From Sporopachydermia quercuum (lineage: Eukaryota): DNA of 64,000 bases. The position numbers and the translations under genes are program-made. This document shows, one piece after another, positions 1 to 12,467 of this stretch (position 1 is its first letter; every line of letters starts with the position of its first letter). The notes under the pieces were generated by a model, which was given only the letters and a program-made list of their open reading frames with translations, had not been told where the DNA came from and searched no databases. The DNA lies in NCBI GenBank assembly GCA_001599295.1, contig BCGN01000004.1:66138-130137 (forward strand). The letters run 5' to 3'.

Positions 1-1
1 T

Positions 2-3000
2 GTCACCTTCCTACAGGATTTTTGCTTGAGGTCTCTAACGAACGCCAGCCAGATTCCCTGGGACGATTTGATATCAACAGACAACGAGGACGTTCTACGA
101 GAGGTAGAGGTAGTTGTAAATGGTCTACGAGCATCATGTGTGTTGCTAAGGATATTTCTGAGTTCTAGAACGGAAAAACAAGTTTTTATGGATGAATATG
201 TAAAAGCTATGATTGACTATGTGTTTGCTATAACAGAATCGTTCTTCATCCCAATTATCACCAAACCTAAATCAGACCTCGGCCGGTTTATTACTACGAA
301 AGAACTACGAATGGCAATCATATCAGATTTTGCAAAACTGCTGGATCAGTTGAAAGAATTCTGCTTGAGAGATGAAGTTGACGATATGGCTATCACAAAG
401 CTTGAGTACACGTCGTTGATGATCATTTTCGCTGACACGTCTGTCAAAGACAAAGATTCAGCGTTGGGTTCTGCTAATGTTGATAGACTGAAATTCTCCA
501 TGCAGGAGCTTTTATTCAATGTATTCTCGTCTAAAGAAGACCAAAGAGTGTTCCTGTTGACAGAGATTCTGACCAGTTTAGAGAAACTTCCTGAAGGAAA
601 ACTGAACGCTAGGAATTTTCGTATTCCCAGCGGGGAGAACGTTCAATTAGTGTCATTCCTTTTAATGCGTTTAGTCCATTCTGTTGCTAAAGTTCAAAGA
701 GTTGATTTCTCGATAGGAGCCCAACCTGATAAAGACTCTGATTTGCGATCTTTATCTCAGACTGGATCTACAGGTGAAGAAATGGCCCTGGAATTGTTGA
801 AATTTGAATCAGTATGCAGCAAATCAGAAGCAGAGGCAACGGAGTTCGCTAATCAGGTATTCAGCTTCATACTGGAAAAGCTACTGAACCCAAACCCTGG
901 AGAACATAAATATAAACGGATTCTTGACCTGCTAGTTGAGGATTTCCTAACTCTACTGCCGTATCCCGAGTGGGCTGCTTCAGAGACCCTACTATTATCT
1001 CTAATGAGAGCTTTAATGAACCTAACAGATATAGGACCTAGCGATGAAAATAAAACTCATGTGAACGTTAATATGCAGGCATATGCATTGGAATTGATGG
1101 GAAATATTGGTTACAGGTTAGTAGCATTGAAGAAGAATCTCCCGGTTATTGAGATTAATGTCAACGTATCATTTGAAGATTTTTCCTCAATTCAAAGAGC
1201 AGTTAATAATATCCTGCAGTACCTTCAATGGCAGAGCACAACTTCTCAACCAGCAGCTGAAGCATTATCGTTTTGTTTCTGTAAATGGGCCAATACAATC
1301 TGCCATTTATTAGAATCATCTGATAATATTACAGAAGGTGCTGTTGCTGATGCTGTACCGGCAGAGTTCCAGAAATTCAACTCTTATGTAATAGAAGGTG
1401 TCTGGCATTCTCAAATTGAATCCAGGCTCAATAATAACGAGGCCACTATTGCTGATATCGAGAAAAGTGCTAAAGAATGCTATGCTACGTTTTTAAGATC
1501 AAGGCCTTTGCTGAAAACCTATGATCAGTTCCTCAATCTAATAGTGAGATCATTAAACCATCCAAAAATTAAATCTCGTAGTAAAGCTATTAGGACATTA
1601 TCTCAACTAATCATCAGAGACAACTCCTTATTTACGCACCCTGAAATCCAGGCCTCGATTATTGGAAAACTACATGATTTATCACCTTTGGTTCGTGATA
1701 GTGCCTTAGATCTAATAGGCACATACATTGCCAGAGATAAGAAATTTATAGACACTTTAGCTCAGGCAGTATGTGAAAGAAGCAATGACACCAGCATTGG
1801 AGTAAGAAAAAGAGCATTGAGAATCATAAAAGATATGTTCAATGAGTCGGAGGGTATTCCACTGAAAGTGGAAATGACTTCCTCTTTACTTAAACGGTTA
1901 GGAGATGAAGAAGATACAGTGGCCGATCTGGCACGTGACACACTGATCCATCTGCTGTTTCACGTGATCTATACTGTTAATGTCACAGATGGAGACGTCA
2001 AGTACGCAGTTAGTCACGTGACAGAAGTACTAATAGCACTAAGAATTAGAAACGATAAAGCTGAAGCATTATTTGAATCGTTCTTGAAAGAAAGCATGCT
2101 GGAAATTGAAGATAACAAACTGTATAACGAAGTTATTGTTTCAGTGAAGCTGATTTCAGAACATTTGTTTGATCGCATTATTGAAAACACTTCCACAATG
2201 CAGCTAGTACAGACCTCATTGAGTCTACTAGCTATTATATCCATATGCAATGGGAAACTCATTACTCAGGAACAGTTGCAATTCATTCAACCATTTTTAC
2301 TGGAAGAATCAGATAATGTTGTATCCTATCATGTTCTAGTAATTTTCCGTCATAGCCTGCAATTTGCTCCTACATTAAGAGCAGGGTTTGTTGCTGACAC
2401 TCAAATGGCAATTTTAAAACGTCTGACAAAATACAGTATTAAGGAATTAGGAGAGGCTGTACCTTGCGTTTGGCTACTATCGACATTAAGGAAAGATACT
2501 GCCCGTGTTGCCACTATGGCTCTTTCGTGTGTGAAACTACTTCGAACCTATGTTGTCCGATTGAACAAGATAGGTCTTGAGGAGTTTGATGCCAAACTAG
2601 TACGATTATTGCATCTGGTAGGAAATCTAGGTAGATTCTGCGACTTAGAGCCTAATCGTGATCTGTTTTTGAAAGGAGAAATTGGTATGAAAGATAAGGA
2701 ATCGGTCACTGGTGTATTGGCTAAACATCTTCTATGTTTCTGCAATGGTAAAACCAATCTTGCTATAAGAAGAGCAGCTATACGTAATTTACTCAACATA
2801 TGCGTCACTCATGCAAAGCTCTTTCTTTCTGATCCTATCATGAAAGTATACGAAACGGAGCTCCAGGGATCAAATGCTGAAACGAAGTTGGTGATAGTGA
2901 AAGGATTTATTGACTTTATAACTCATGAAGCATCAAACAGCGAACAGGATAACCAAGCAGAAAGATCCAAACAAAAGAAAGAAAAAGCCAAAACAAAATT

Positions 3001-4174
3001 AGATATCGCAGTTTTCCATGGTACAAGTTCTGGCTTTGTTAATGATGGTATATGTGCATCTCTTGTTCAAAGATTCATTCCTATCATATTGGAGTTCTGC
3101 TTGTTAGACAACGAGTTAGGATTTGTCTCCATTCAATTTCTAAAATTGGTGGTGAGAGAAGGATTTGCTAATCCTAGAATGTGTGCTCCTACCATTATAG
3201 CTTTAGAAGCTTCAACAAGAAGACCAATCAGAATCATGGCATGGGAAATGCACCAATCATTACATGAAAAATACGAATCTCTCATTGAGAGCTCCTATAT
3301 TGATGGTATTAGTTCAGCTGTGAGCTATAGAAAATCTCTCACTGGGAGCCCAACTAAATTTTTGGCTGAAACACAATATTTGTCAAAGTTCTACAATATC
3401 CTAGGGACTTCTAAAATAAGCAAAAGAAAATTCTTACAGCATATTACCAAGTCTTTCAATGTCACTGCTGTATCAACAAGTTTACCTGATGCCAAGAGAC
3501 ACTTGGATTATGTTGCGTTTGTTTGTATAAACCTTTCGAATCTCAGTTTTGCTCTGCAAGAAGAGATTTATTTAGTCACGCATAATATTGAAAAGATCCT
3601 CTCTGGGGAAGGTGTCAGTATTGCTTATATGGTGAATGAAGCAAAGAAAGGGGAATCAAATGGGGGTATAGCTTTAGCAGATGGTGTTAATAATCATATT
3701 GATATAGCTGGTAGTGACGTTGGGGATAGTAATACTGTCGATTGGCAAAGATTAGCGGTTTTCTCAATGATAATGTACACGTTAGCTAAAGTAAGAGATT
3801 ACTTGGTTAGAAAATATCATTTGGATGAGGCCAAATCAAGAGAATTTGTTGTCAGTAAAGCAAGCAAAGACTTAAAGGTAGCTCCTAAAGTGAAATCAAA
3901 TATCGAACCGTTCAAAGTGCCAGAAATAATGTGGACAGAAGACGGTGATACTACTGGTGATATTGATAAATGTAAACTAGTATGCAGTATGTTTCTCGAG
4001 CAAATTCCCGCAGCTTCAACTGAGGAAGCTTTTGATGATGGAATGCATAGCACTGCCAGTAATGAGGTATATCATGGACATGAATTCGACCCTGAAGGTG
4101 ATAGTGAGATAAATTATAGTCAGCTTGATAATCTGACTCAGTTGGATGATGATGATACTGTTGCTCAGGTGTGA
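2..4174 (+). CDS. SCC2: Cohesin loader Scc2/NIPBL (5' end lies upstream of the window)
   Basis: The frame is open from base 2. It is a HEAT-repeat protein with Scc2 motifs: 'IKSRSKAIRTLSQL', 'DLSPLVRDSALDLIG', 'DTSIGVRKRALRI', and in the Nipped-B C-domain 'GFANPRMCAPTIIALEAS...LHEKYESL'. Confidence 0.93.
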   Translation, partial: VTFLQDFCLRSLTNASQIPWDDLISTDNEDVLREVEVVVNGLRASCVLLRIFLSSRTEKQVFMDEYVKAMIDYVFAITESFFIPIITKPKSDLGRFITTKELRMAIISDFAKLLDQLKEFCLRDEVDDMAITKLEYTSLMIIFADTSVKDKDSALGSANVDRLKFSMQELLFNVFSSKEDQRVFLLTEILTSLEKLPEGKLNARNFRIPSGENVQLVSFLLMRLVHSVAKVQRVDFSIGAQPDKDSDLRSLSQTGSTGEEMALELLKFESVCSKSEAEATEFANQVFSFILEKLLNPNPGEHKYKRILDLLVEDFLTLLPYPEWAASETLLLSLMRALMNLTDIGPSDENKTHVNVNMQAYALELMGNIGYRLVALKKNLPVIEINVNVSFEDFSSIQRAVNNILQYLQWQSTTSQPAAEALSFCFCKWANTICHLLESSDNITEGAVADAVPAEFQKFNSYVIEGVWHSQIESRLNNNEATIADIEKSAKECYATFLRSRPLLKTYDQFLNLIVRSLNHPKIKSRSKAIRTLSQLIIRDNSLFTHPEIQASIIGKLHDLSPLVRDSALDLIGTYIARDKKFIDTLAQAVCERSNDTSIGVRKRALRIIKDMFNESEGIPLKVEMTSSLLKRLGDEEDTVADLARDTLIHLLFHVIYTVNVTDGDVKYAVSHVTEVLIALRIRNDKAEALFESFLKESMLEIEDNKLYNEVIVSVKLISEHLFDRIIENTSTMQLVQTSLSLLAIISICNGKLITQEQLQFIQPFLLEESDNVVSYHVLVIFRHSLQFAPTLRAGFVADTQMAILKRLTKYSIKELGEAVPCVWLLSTLRKDTARVATMALSCVKLLRTYVVRLNKIGLEEFDAKLVRLLHLVGNLGRFCDLEPNRDLFLKGEIGMKDKESVTGVLAKHLLCFCNGKTNLAIRRAAIRNLLNICVTHAKLFLSDPIMKVYETELQGSNAETKLVIVKGFIDFITHEASNSEQDNQAERSKQKKEKAKTKLDIAVFHGTSSGFVNDGICASLVQRFIPIILEFCLLDNELGFVSIQFLKLVVREGFANPRMCAPTIIALEASTRRPIRIMAWEMHQSLHEKYESLIESSYIDGISSAVSYRKSLTGSPTKFLAETQYLSKFYNILGTSKISKRKFLQHITKSFNVTAVSTSLPDAKRHLDYVAFVCINLSNLSFALQEEIYLVTHNIEKILSGEGVSIAYMVNEAKKGESNGGIALADGVNNHIDIAGSDVGDSNTVDWQRLAVFSMIMYTLAKVRDYLVRKYHLDEAKSREFVVSKASKDLKVAPKVKSNIEPFKVPEIMWTEDGDTTGDIDKCKLVCSMFLEQIPAASTEEAFDDGMHSTASNEVYHGHEFDPEGDSEINYSQLDNLTQLDDDDTVAQV

Positions 4175-5053
4175 GTGTGACAATAAGGATTGGGCTTTTA
4201 AAATGAACAAAAGAACAGGAAGGCGAAGGAAAGTAAGAGAAAGCAAAGAGAGTAAAGAAATGGAACGAAGTGTCGAAGGAGACTACTATGTATCATACTA
4301 TCAATTAACTGATACTCTCCGTATATTGACGGGTATCTATGTAGGTAATGTAATTAGATTATGTTCTTAAGGTGATGTATATTAATAGACAATAAATATA
4401 TTTCTATAAGATTACTTAAATTTTATTAGAATAAATCTAATAGCCATCAAATCGTCCAAATCTACCATCAATCAATCAGTTCTCGTTCATTCAATTCAAT
4501 CATTTTCATGAATCATCATCCATGCCTAGCCTCGAGTATCATCACATAGACCCTTCATAAGACTTTACATCTCATCCCAAAAACAAATATACCTTCAGGC
4601 TTTAAGTCTCATCTCGAAATTATATCCCTACAAACTTCACGTCTTATCTAATAATCTGTCCCATGAAAGGTAATATAATTCCTCTCTCAATTCTACCCTG
4701 TTTGTCCTCATCCAAACATCCATATTCTTCGCGAACTTTCAATTCTATCGCTATCTCATCTCCTTATCATCAGTGTTGAGCAGATAGTTGATATTTTGCT
4801 ATCAGTATCATTTTATCAAAAATACGTTTAGATAGCTGTACTAAATGATGAAGCTTATAATCAATTGAGAGGGCCAGCTGATTTATTGTTTCAATTGATA
4901 CGTTCAAGTGGATGTGTATCTGTCTCAAGCCCTAGAACTACAGTTATAGACAGAAAGTAGTCAGGTCGGTTCATTTACATTATAGTATATCCTACAGCGT
5001 AAGAGCTCATTGAAATAAAATCTATATTTTGATTAGAGAATAAAGCAGCAAAA

Positions 5054-8000
5054 ATGAGCTTGTTTGAGCTTGATCCAAGCATACGCAGTCTGCTAACGAT
5101 TGACAACTTTCTGGTATGTATTGGATATAGCTTGATGATTAGAAAGAGATGACAGTGGTTGTTTTAATTGATACTACGTTGCCGCTGAACTTGCAAGGAT
5201 TATAGTTGCTATTGCCAATTGTGTGAGACTAACAAGCTTATTATCAAATCAATAGGGTAATTATACAGTAACAGAGTTCGTTGAATTACTGAGTAAATCA
5301 CATGAACTACCATCAACGGATTTCGAATCCCTGAAATGTATGTATTATATAATGATCAAAACTTTGAGTTGCTTGAAGGGAAGAGATAAACAGCTACAGG
5401 AAAATAATATGGTACGCTTGAATACTGTATCATCTTGACAAGCGTAGTGAATATGGTATCAAGTGTTTCTGTTAATTATTGCTATTCAACTTATAGTGCT
5501 ATAATACGCATAAATCGAGAGATTCAAGACTGGATTATGATGAGTGTTCTATTTTAGAGTACCAAATGTCATTAGGATTACTGGTTTAATGCCTGACTAA
5601 AAATGTTGCATGCTTGTTGCATAGTTCTAGCTGTTACTCTCATTTGACATGTTAATCATGTTAACTATCAATAACAGCCAATCTATTACTTCCGATCTAG
5701 AAAAGCTTTTTACTTTCTTTTTGTTATCAGCTCATCGTTTTTCTTTGCAAGATCATCAAAATTATTTTCTGCTAGCTCTTTCCTTGCTCATACCATTATG
5801 ACCTAATACTAATACTAACTTTGTTAGCACTTGACCCTAAACCTTATATCCGGTCTTTTGAAGCAACCTTAGAAGAATTGAGAAAGCTGCGCAGCGAAAT
5901 CCAACAACGAAAATCAAAATCAAAACAATCTGCCGAAGTCGTCGAATATGAACACAGTAAAAACGTGCTACGGCTAGCCTCTCATAGCAATGACCTTATG
6001 GACCAATTCAATCAATTAGATGGGCAACTATCTACAGCTTCTTCAGTAACAGTACCCATGAGCGACCGTTTAGAGAGAATTGCTAATTTGCGAAATAAAG
6101 AAAATGAGACTATATTTCTTATATCTTGTTATAAAGACTTCATGCAGGACGGAGGCAGCCCTGAGCTGAATAAACTGTGTACAGGTAATCTAGAAGAGAG
6201 AAAAAGATGTGCAAAGTTAGTGCAGGATCTCATGACGATCGCTGGGAAAGTGGCCATTGATGGTGTTGAATCTATCAAGAGTTCCGTTGAGAAGTTCGCG
6301 GAAAAGATGGAAAACGATTTGCTAAGTGATTTTGATCAAAGCTATCAAAACGGAGATCTCCTCATGATGAAGCAAGTAAGTGATATACTCTATGAATATA
6401 ACGGTGGAGGAAGCGCAGTCCAAATGTTTGTTAATCAACATGATTTCTTTATTGACACCAGTGAACTACAATCTGTTGACTCTGTGGAAAAGGATAGTTC
6501 ACTATATTGGGATAAACTGGCTGATCCATTTCAAACCGATTGGAAGTCACGTGATGAGCTCTTTTTAGGGACCGGAAATAGAGCTGAGAACGGCGGAAAC
6601 GATAATAACAAGAGTGAAACAACTGATAAAAGTGAGAAGAAGAATAGTAGTGATATGGGAAACAGTGATTTCTTAGGATTAGACGAACTTGTTACTACAA
6701 TCAAGTCGGAAACCCAAATCATCAAAGATATCTTCCGGAATCCGGCAGATGTGTTGAACGTTTTCATCCAAAGAGTGTTTGTTCAGAGAATTCAAGTGAA
6801 ACTAGCTAGCATTTTATCAGTAGCCCGATCGTATTCTGATTTGGCTTATCTCCGTTTATTATATGCTTCCTATGTCTCAGTAAGCAACTTCATTCAAGTA
6901 CTTAAAGACTTTATGAGCGCTGATGAAGATCTGGAGCCAGTTCTACGTGCTTTAGACCAAAACCTAATAGAACTATACTGGAGTTATGTTGAAGATGGCA
7001 GGTACTTTCAGCACGAAAAACAGACATTGCAGGATATCATCATCAAGATTCTTGAGCCGTTTAAAGAGAAATATACTTCTGTTAAGAAAGATAAGTACTC
7101 TCATAGCAGAGACAACTCTTTGGATAGACCGAACAGCATTGATGGCGGTGGAAGCTTCACTGACTTACAAAGTATTGGACGTGTGAACAGTAATTCTGGC
7201 AATAACGGTAATAGCAATGGCAGCAACAACAATAATAACGGTAACGAGACTAAACGTTCCTTCAGTCATTTCTCCCAGTATATGAAATCAAAACTCGATA
7301 GGGGAGCCTCCATGAAAAGAGATCGGATGCATATCAAAGGATATCCTGATTTCAACTATGACACAGTTGAAAAAATACTGAAAGCTGCAGTTGAATCTAC
7401 AGCACGTGGTGTTGAATTAGACCAGATAGCTGACCCTGAAGGAATCTACCTTTATAACCGAGGCGTAGAAATTCTAGAGCTATTAGTTAATGCGATTGGT
7501 TATGCTTATGTTAACGTGATGCTTCAGGTAGCTGTCACTCAGTCAAAACAAGATCCAAAAGCTGGATATGTTAGTCTGGCATATCTCCAGATAGTTGATA
7601 CCGTAGCTGGTATTTTGCATATTTTCTCAGTAACTGTTAGAACACTGTTTATGCCTTTGGTTGGTGATGCTCCAAATCTTAAAAAGAAAATGGCTTCAAT
7701 GGTTAATGAATTTGTTAGCCAAAGTGAATTTACTATTAACAATATTATCAAAGACACAGTTAATCTTTGCTTAGGCAGAATTGAAGTTCTATTAGGAAAA
7801 CAGGGTAAAAAGGACTTCTCAGGAAGTTCTAACGATACCATTGAAGATGATACTGTTGCATGTGAAGAAACTGTTATGTTCCTGACAGACGTCTATAATC
7901 AAGTACGAAGCTCAAATGCTTTGAATGGTAGAAATTTGAATAGATTTCTGTTTAAAATTGGACAAGGGTTCAAGGAGATTTTGTTGGAACATTTCACTAA

Positions 8001-9023
8001 GTTTCAGGTTTCCTCAAATGGTGCTTTGACTCTTATGAAGTAAGTATTAGAAGGAAATGTTGAATTTGATCGCTGTTATGTTGGACCTGTATTAAGGAGC
8101 TAATGTTTTATGGCGTTTTATGATGCTTTTTGCTATGCTTCCGATACCGATAACGGAAGAGGGCAGTTTTGCTGACTTGTGATAACGTAATCAGAGTGGC
8201 TTGCTCTTCTTTTCGAAAGTTTATTGATATTGACAATCTATTGTTATTGAAAATTGTTATTGAGGTCCTTTAGAATCGATTCAAGCTGGCTCTTAGCACC
8301 TTTTCATGATTCAGTTGGGTAGGGATGTATCAAACTAGCAAACTACCAAATAGCCTTTCATCAGGGACGTACTCTCCCCAGCCACAATGGCTGTTTGACG
8401 TCTTTTACTTTCACTTTACTAACTGTTACNTCTAGGGATATTCGTTCTTATCAAACTGTTGTAAATGAATGGAAGATTCAAGAATTGAAAGAAGAGTTTT
8501 ATGTATTTGGTGAGATTGGTACATTATTTACTGTTCAGTAAGTATATCTTTGTTAAACGTTTGACTGTAGTGGGAATTGAATGGAAAAGTGACAATGGAA
8601 TAGATGTGCAGGCAGCAATTTACACCGGTAATTGCTTGGGCGATGTATCGAACGGGTTCTGAAATACATTTTGATGGCTTACTATCGAGAGGAACTGATA
8701 TTGTTACCCATAAATGTTCAAATAACATTAGTATCAGATATTTTGTACTGTGACTCATGCAGCATTTGATAGATATTGAAATAAGCTCTGTCTTTTCTCC
8801 ATTATTCGATCCATTTGCTGAGCTTCCCTATTTTATTTTACTCACTGTTGTTTACTGTTACTAACATTATGCTACTAGACCCGAATTATTACCATCGCTA
8901 ATAAAAGAAGGACATCTGGCGTCAATGAACCCTACAATGCTTCAAACGTACATCATGAAACGATCAGACTTCAGTACTGGGTTCATGGATAAGCTGAGAA
9001 ATCAAGCTAGTAGTCTGCGTTGA
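5054..9023 (+). CDS. SEC10: Exocyst subunit Sec10; 5 exons: 5054-5113, 5256-5337, 5828-8039, 8436-8537, 8879-9023
   Basis: Four GTATGT/GTAAGT...(T/G)ACTAAC...TAG introns join in frame. The product runs MSLFELDPSIRSLLTIDNFL-GNYTVTEFVELLSKSH...LDPKPYIRSFE...KDIRSYQ...LFTVQPELLPSLIKEGHL, matching both termini of yeast Sec10. Confidence 0.93.
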
Positions 9024-9338
9024 GGGTATTCGCCATAAATACATAAGTGAAATAAAATTAAAACGTTCCACTGAGGAGATTATGCCTGGTGATGTAACAC
9101 TGATATGAGATTAGAGTTCGGAAGTTAGGATATACATCGTAGGCGGGCAAATTTTACTAAATCAAACTCGGGGTAGTTATGCAATTAATAAAAAGGAATT
9201 CCAACATAAAAGGTCAAACATTCAAGTTGATAATGTTGAATTGTGAAGCAGAGAACCATTACTACCTCTTTCAATGGTAGATCACTGTTTTATCCATTGT
9301 TCTCTACAATCCAATCCCTATGATTTCTTGTTGTCCAA

Positions 9339-9387
9339 TTCATTGTTCATTGTTCATTGTTTATTGTTTACTGTTTATTGCGTATTG
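9339..9387. repeat. Degenerate 7-bp tandem repeat (TTCATTG/TTTATTG) x7
   Basis: Read directly in the convergent SEC10/CDC1 intergenic region. Confidence 0.75.
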
Positions 9388-9805
9388 TTAATTTTGGTAA
9401 TCCAAGTTGAATGTGTTCCCTAGATTTTTCGTCTATAGGAGCTGTTCCAGGACCATATCCAAACTTGCGTCAGACCACATTGAAAGCTGAACATTTACTA
9501 TCTGATGGCAGCAATTAACTCTTCCCAACAGAAGCTTATCACCCCCTACGGTTAGTCCTTACAGAGTAATCCACATTCCTCTTTATCATCATAAGACAAA
9601 ATACTGTACACATAAAATTCTTTTAGATATACACGTTCAAAATATGTAGAACCCTTTGTTCAACTTCGTCCATTGGCATTCCATTCTTATATTCAAATTC
9701 ATACGAATACCAAAACCTAGACATGTCACTTGTACATAGTCTATTTGCTTCTCATNTTCTTAGATACTGAAGATATTATGCACGTTCACGAATATAACTC
9801 CATGC

Positions 9806-11446
9806 TTATATCTCAGAGGTGTAGTACCGCCATAGAACAGCCAAACACATAGCACTGAAAATAATCCAATTAGTAAAGAAAGTCTTCAATTTATATTTGG
9901 AATATAATTTATTGCTGCTATCAATTGACTCTATCATTGATCTTCTAGCTCTAACGCTCTTAGGAGCCCATTTATCGTCTATATCATCCTGCTGATCACT
10001 ATTACGTTCAGCCCTGTTCCCAGTATGCAGAGGAAGCAAGTCTAACTGATCTTCTGAATCATCAACGTTTGAAACAAGGAGAAACGAGAAGTGTCTTTTC
10101 AGCACTGATGGTAATTTATCTGAATAAACCAGAACTAATAAAAATGCTATACTTAANCCGTAGACGGCAGCATAAGTACCTATTGCTTTAAATGGTGATG
10201 GCATATAGCAAAGCTTTGTTTGATAAGTAGAACCTCTTGGGAATCCATCCCCATTATCAGTCTGAGGATTATTTAATGACAATAACTGTATAGCGGGATA
10301 TCTGATTCCCATTGCCATTGAAGCAGATTTAACCGTGAATTCATCACTACTAAGAGTTTTCCCTTGAACTGCAAACTGGTGCTCTATTTGACATGCGTCA
10401 TGATCATCACCAGCAAAAATAGCTATGGGCCTAACCTTTGCTAAGATCTCTTGACTTAAATCATGATCCAACACCGTTTGAAACTGAGGGCCCCGTACTA
10501 ATGGGAAGGGATTTTTGGATTCCCTGTGCGGGCCACAAGTTTGTTGGTCGGGGAACCGGTACAACGGAACGTGAGTTAGTAGGATTCTGGGAGAAGCTTT
10601 CTCCTCCGCTCCTAGTGGGAAAGGAGCAAGTTTCTGCAGTATGTCACGTGACAACTCAGCAATCTCAGTATTTTCGTAAAACGATAGTGAAATGGCATCT
10701 AGCTGAACAATTGAGTGATTTCCTAGAGATAGAACTTGGGAATTTGGACCAAAATATGTTTGGAATCTTTTCCAAGCATTGATTTTAATCTCATCTCCGT
10801 ATCCTATATCATGGTTCCCTGGTAATGAGTAGATAGTTTTCCTATTTTCTCTAGGGGGGAATATGCTCTTAAACCTGTTGTATTCTGCAAGCCACTCATC
10901 ATCTTCCCATTCACGACCACCATCAAACAAATCACCCAAAAATAGTGTTGCGTCAGGATCTAGAACTAAATTGGTATAGCCATAATTACGTCTCAGATAA
11001 TTGTCGGCTATCTTTTGACTAAAATAGACATTGAGCCTACTGCGATTAGGATATGAGAATCTATCCATCACTTGGGGATCAGCTATAAGAGCTATATGAT
11101 AAGGAGGATTATCAGCAAACTCTTGATGTGTTTTCCAGGTTTCCCAATTTTCCCATTGGCATCTTGCTAATGTCTTATATACTAAAAACCTTTCAAGAAA
11201 CTGAGTTAGGAGAATCCATAGCAGAAACAGCACTAGCAAGCTATTATAAAATATCCTTATTCCTGCGACAGTGGAATTTAGTTGTGGCAGTCGTAGGTAA
11301 GGACCTAGGCCTGCTTTCTTATCCTGGTATCTATTATAATATGTGTTCGCGCTCAATCCACTTCGAGGTTTAAGCAATGATCGCATGATCCCCCTTGAAG
11401 CAGCTTGCAGTGACGATGATTTACCTTCCATTGCAGAAAATNTCAT
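9806..11446 (-). CDS. CDC1: Cdc1 (PGAP5-type) Mn-dependent metallophosphoesterase, GPI remodelling
   Basis: Motifs ADPQ..D..SYP, LGDLFDGGREW, PGNHDIG, LLTHVPLYR and GDDHD, with an N-terminal and two C-terminal hydrophobic segments. Confidence 0.9.
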   Translation of the reverse strand: MXFSAMEGKSSSLQAASRGIMRSLLKPRSGLSANTYYNRYQDKKAGLGPYLRLPQLNSTVAGIRIFYNSLLVLFLLWILLTQFLERFLVYKTLARCQWENWETWKTHQEFADNPPYHIALIADPQVMDRFSYPNRSRLNVYFSQKIADNYLRRNYGYTNLVLDPDATLFLGDLFDGGREWEDDEWLAEYNRFKSIFPPRENRKTIYSLPGNHDIGYGDEIKINAWKRFQTYFGPNSQVLSLGNHSIVQLDAISLSFYENTEIAELSRDILQKLAPFPLGAEEKASPRILLTHVPLYRFPDQQTCGPHRESKNPFPLVRGPQFQTVLDHDLSQEILAKVRPIAIFAGDDHDACQIEHQFAVQGKTLSSDEFTVKSASMAMGIRYPAIQLLSLNNPQTDNGDGFPRGSTYQTKLCYMPSPFKAIGTYAAVYXLSIAFLLVLVYSDKLPSVLKRHFSFLLVSNVDDSEDQLDLLPLHTGNRAERNSDQQDDIDDKWAPKSVRARRSMIESIDSSNKLYSKYKLKTFFTNWIIFSAMCLAVLWRYYTSEI

Positions 11447-12467
11447 GCACTAAAAATAAAATCAAATAAAAATGCAAATCTTCTGCTCAATTCCACCATA
11501 TTCATGCATGAATGTAGTATGAGGTAGTTGATAATACTCAATATACGGATATCCACTCCTAAAATAAGTGTGGTTTGGGGTTGCGTTTGTTTTGATCTTC
11601 CCCCAGCTTAACTGTAGACAGGACGGTTTCTAATATTCAGGGGCAGTGGAAAAACCCAACGATAATCCAATTACGTCTCCTGCTGCTTAGCACCGTATTC
11701 GCAACAATAAGAGAACACTTAAGCCTGTAATCCCCAATAATAAAATAATAAATCCCCATGTTGCTTATATATAACCTGACGATATCTTCAAGGAGGAAAA
11801 TAACGGAAAGAGGAAGTAATCAAATAAGCGAGAAAAAGTGTTATCATGTGACGTCTACAGAATGCCCCTTTCATATGCACTCCACGTCTCCCTTTGTTGG
11901 ACTCTGCCTGACTTCGTTTCTCCATTTATGTCTCCAGAATCTCCTCTTCTTCAACATCACAAACATAATACATTATAAGCTCTTTATTATTCATATCTTA
12001 GCTGTCATCAAGGATTAAAACTGCTATTTGTTACTATGCATATAAGTATTCGAGTACATATTATTATAGGAAACTTCTTGCTAAGATATCACGATTACTG
12101 AAGCGATATCCCAATATTGTCAAGGACGTTTTAGGGAGCAAAATTCGCTCTGAAAGGCACCCACATATTCATACGCATACACATACCCACTCTATACTTT
12201 GTATAGTATTTTACCACAGCTAAAGGTTTCAATCATCAATTGATTGATCATCTAATGAAACAAACCGACTGAGAAATTACCAAGCAAGGATCCCAGGGAG
12301 TAAATAGATTATTTATTCTTATGGTAGAATTCTACTGGGCAAGATGATCAAACAATCGCTATAAGCATCAAACAGCATTCTCTGCTCTTTCCCTAAATTA
12401 TACATTTTCATAACAATTATTTAATCATCCAACCTCAATCCCAGTTGACAGTCAAATCACAATTGAA

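Noticed and set aside
5537..5596. ATGATGA...CTGA in SEC10 intron 2 as a possible C/D snoRNA
   Set aside because: It is short, has no terminal stem, and I could not recognise an rRNA-complementary guide. A snoscan or Infernal search would be needed.
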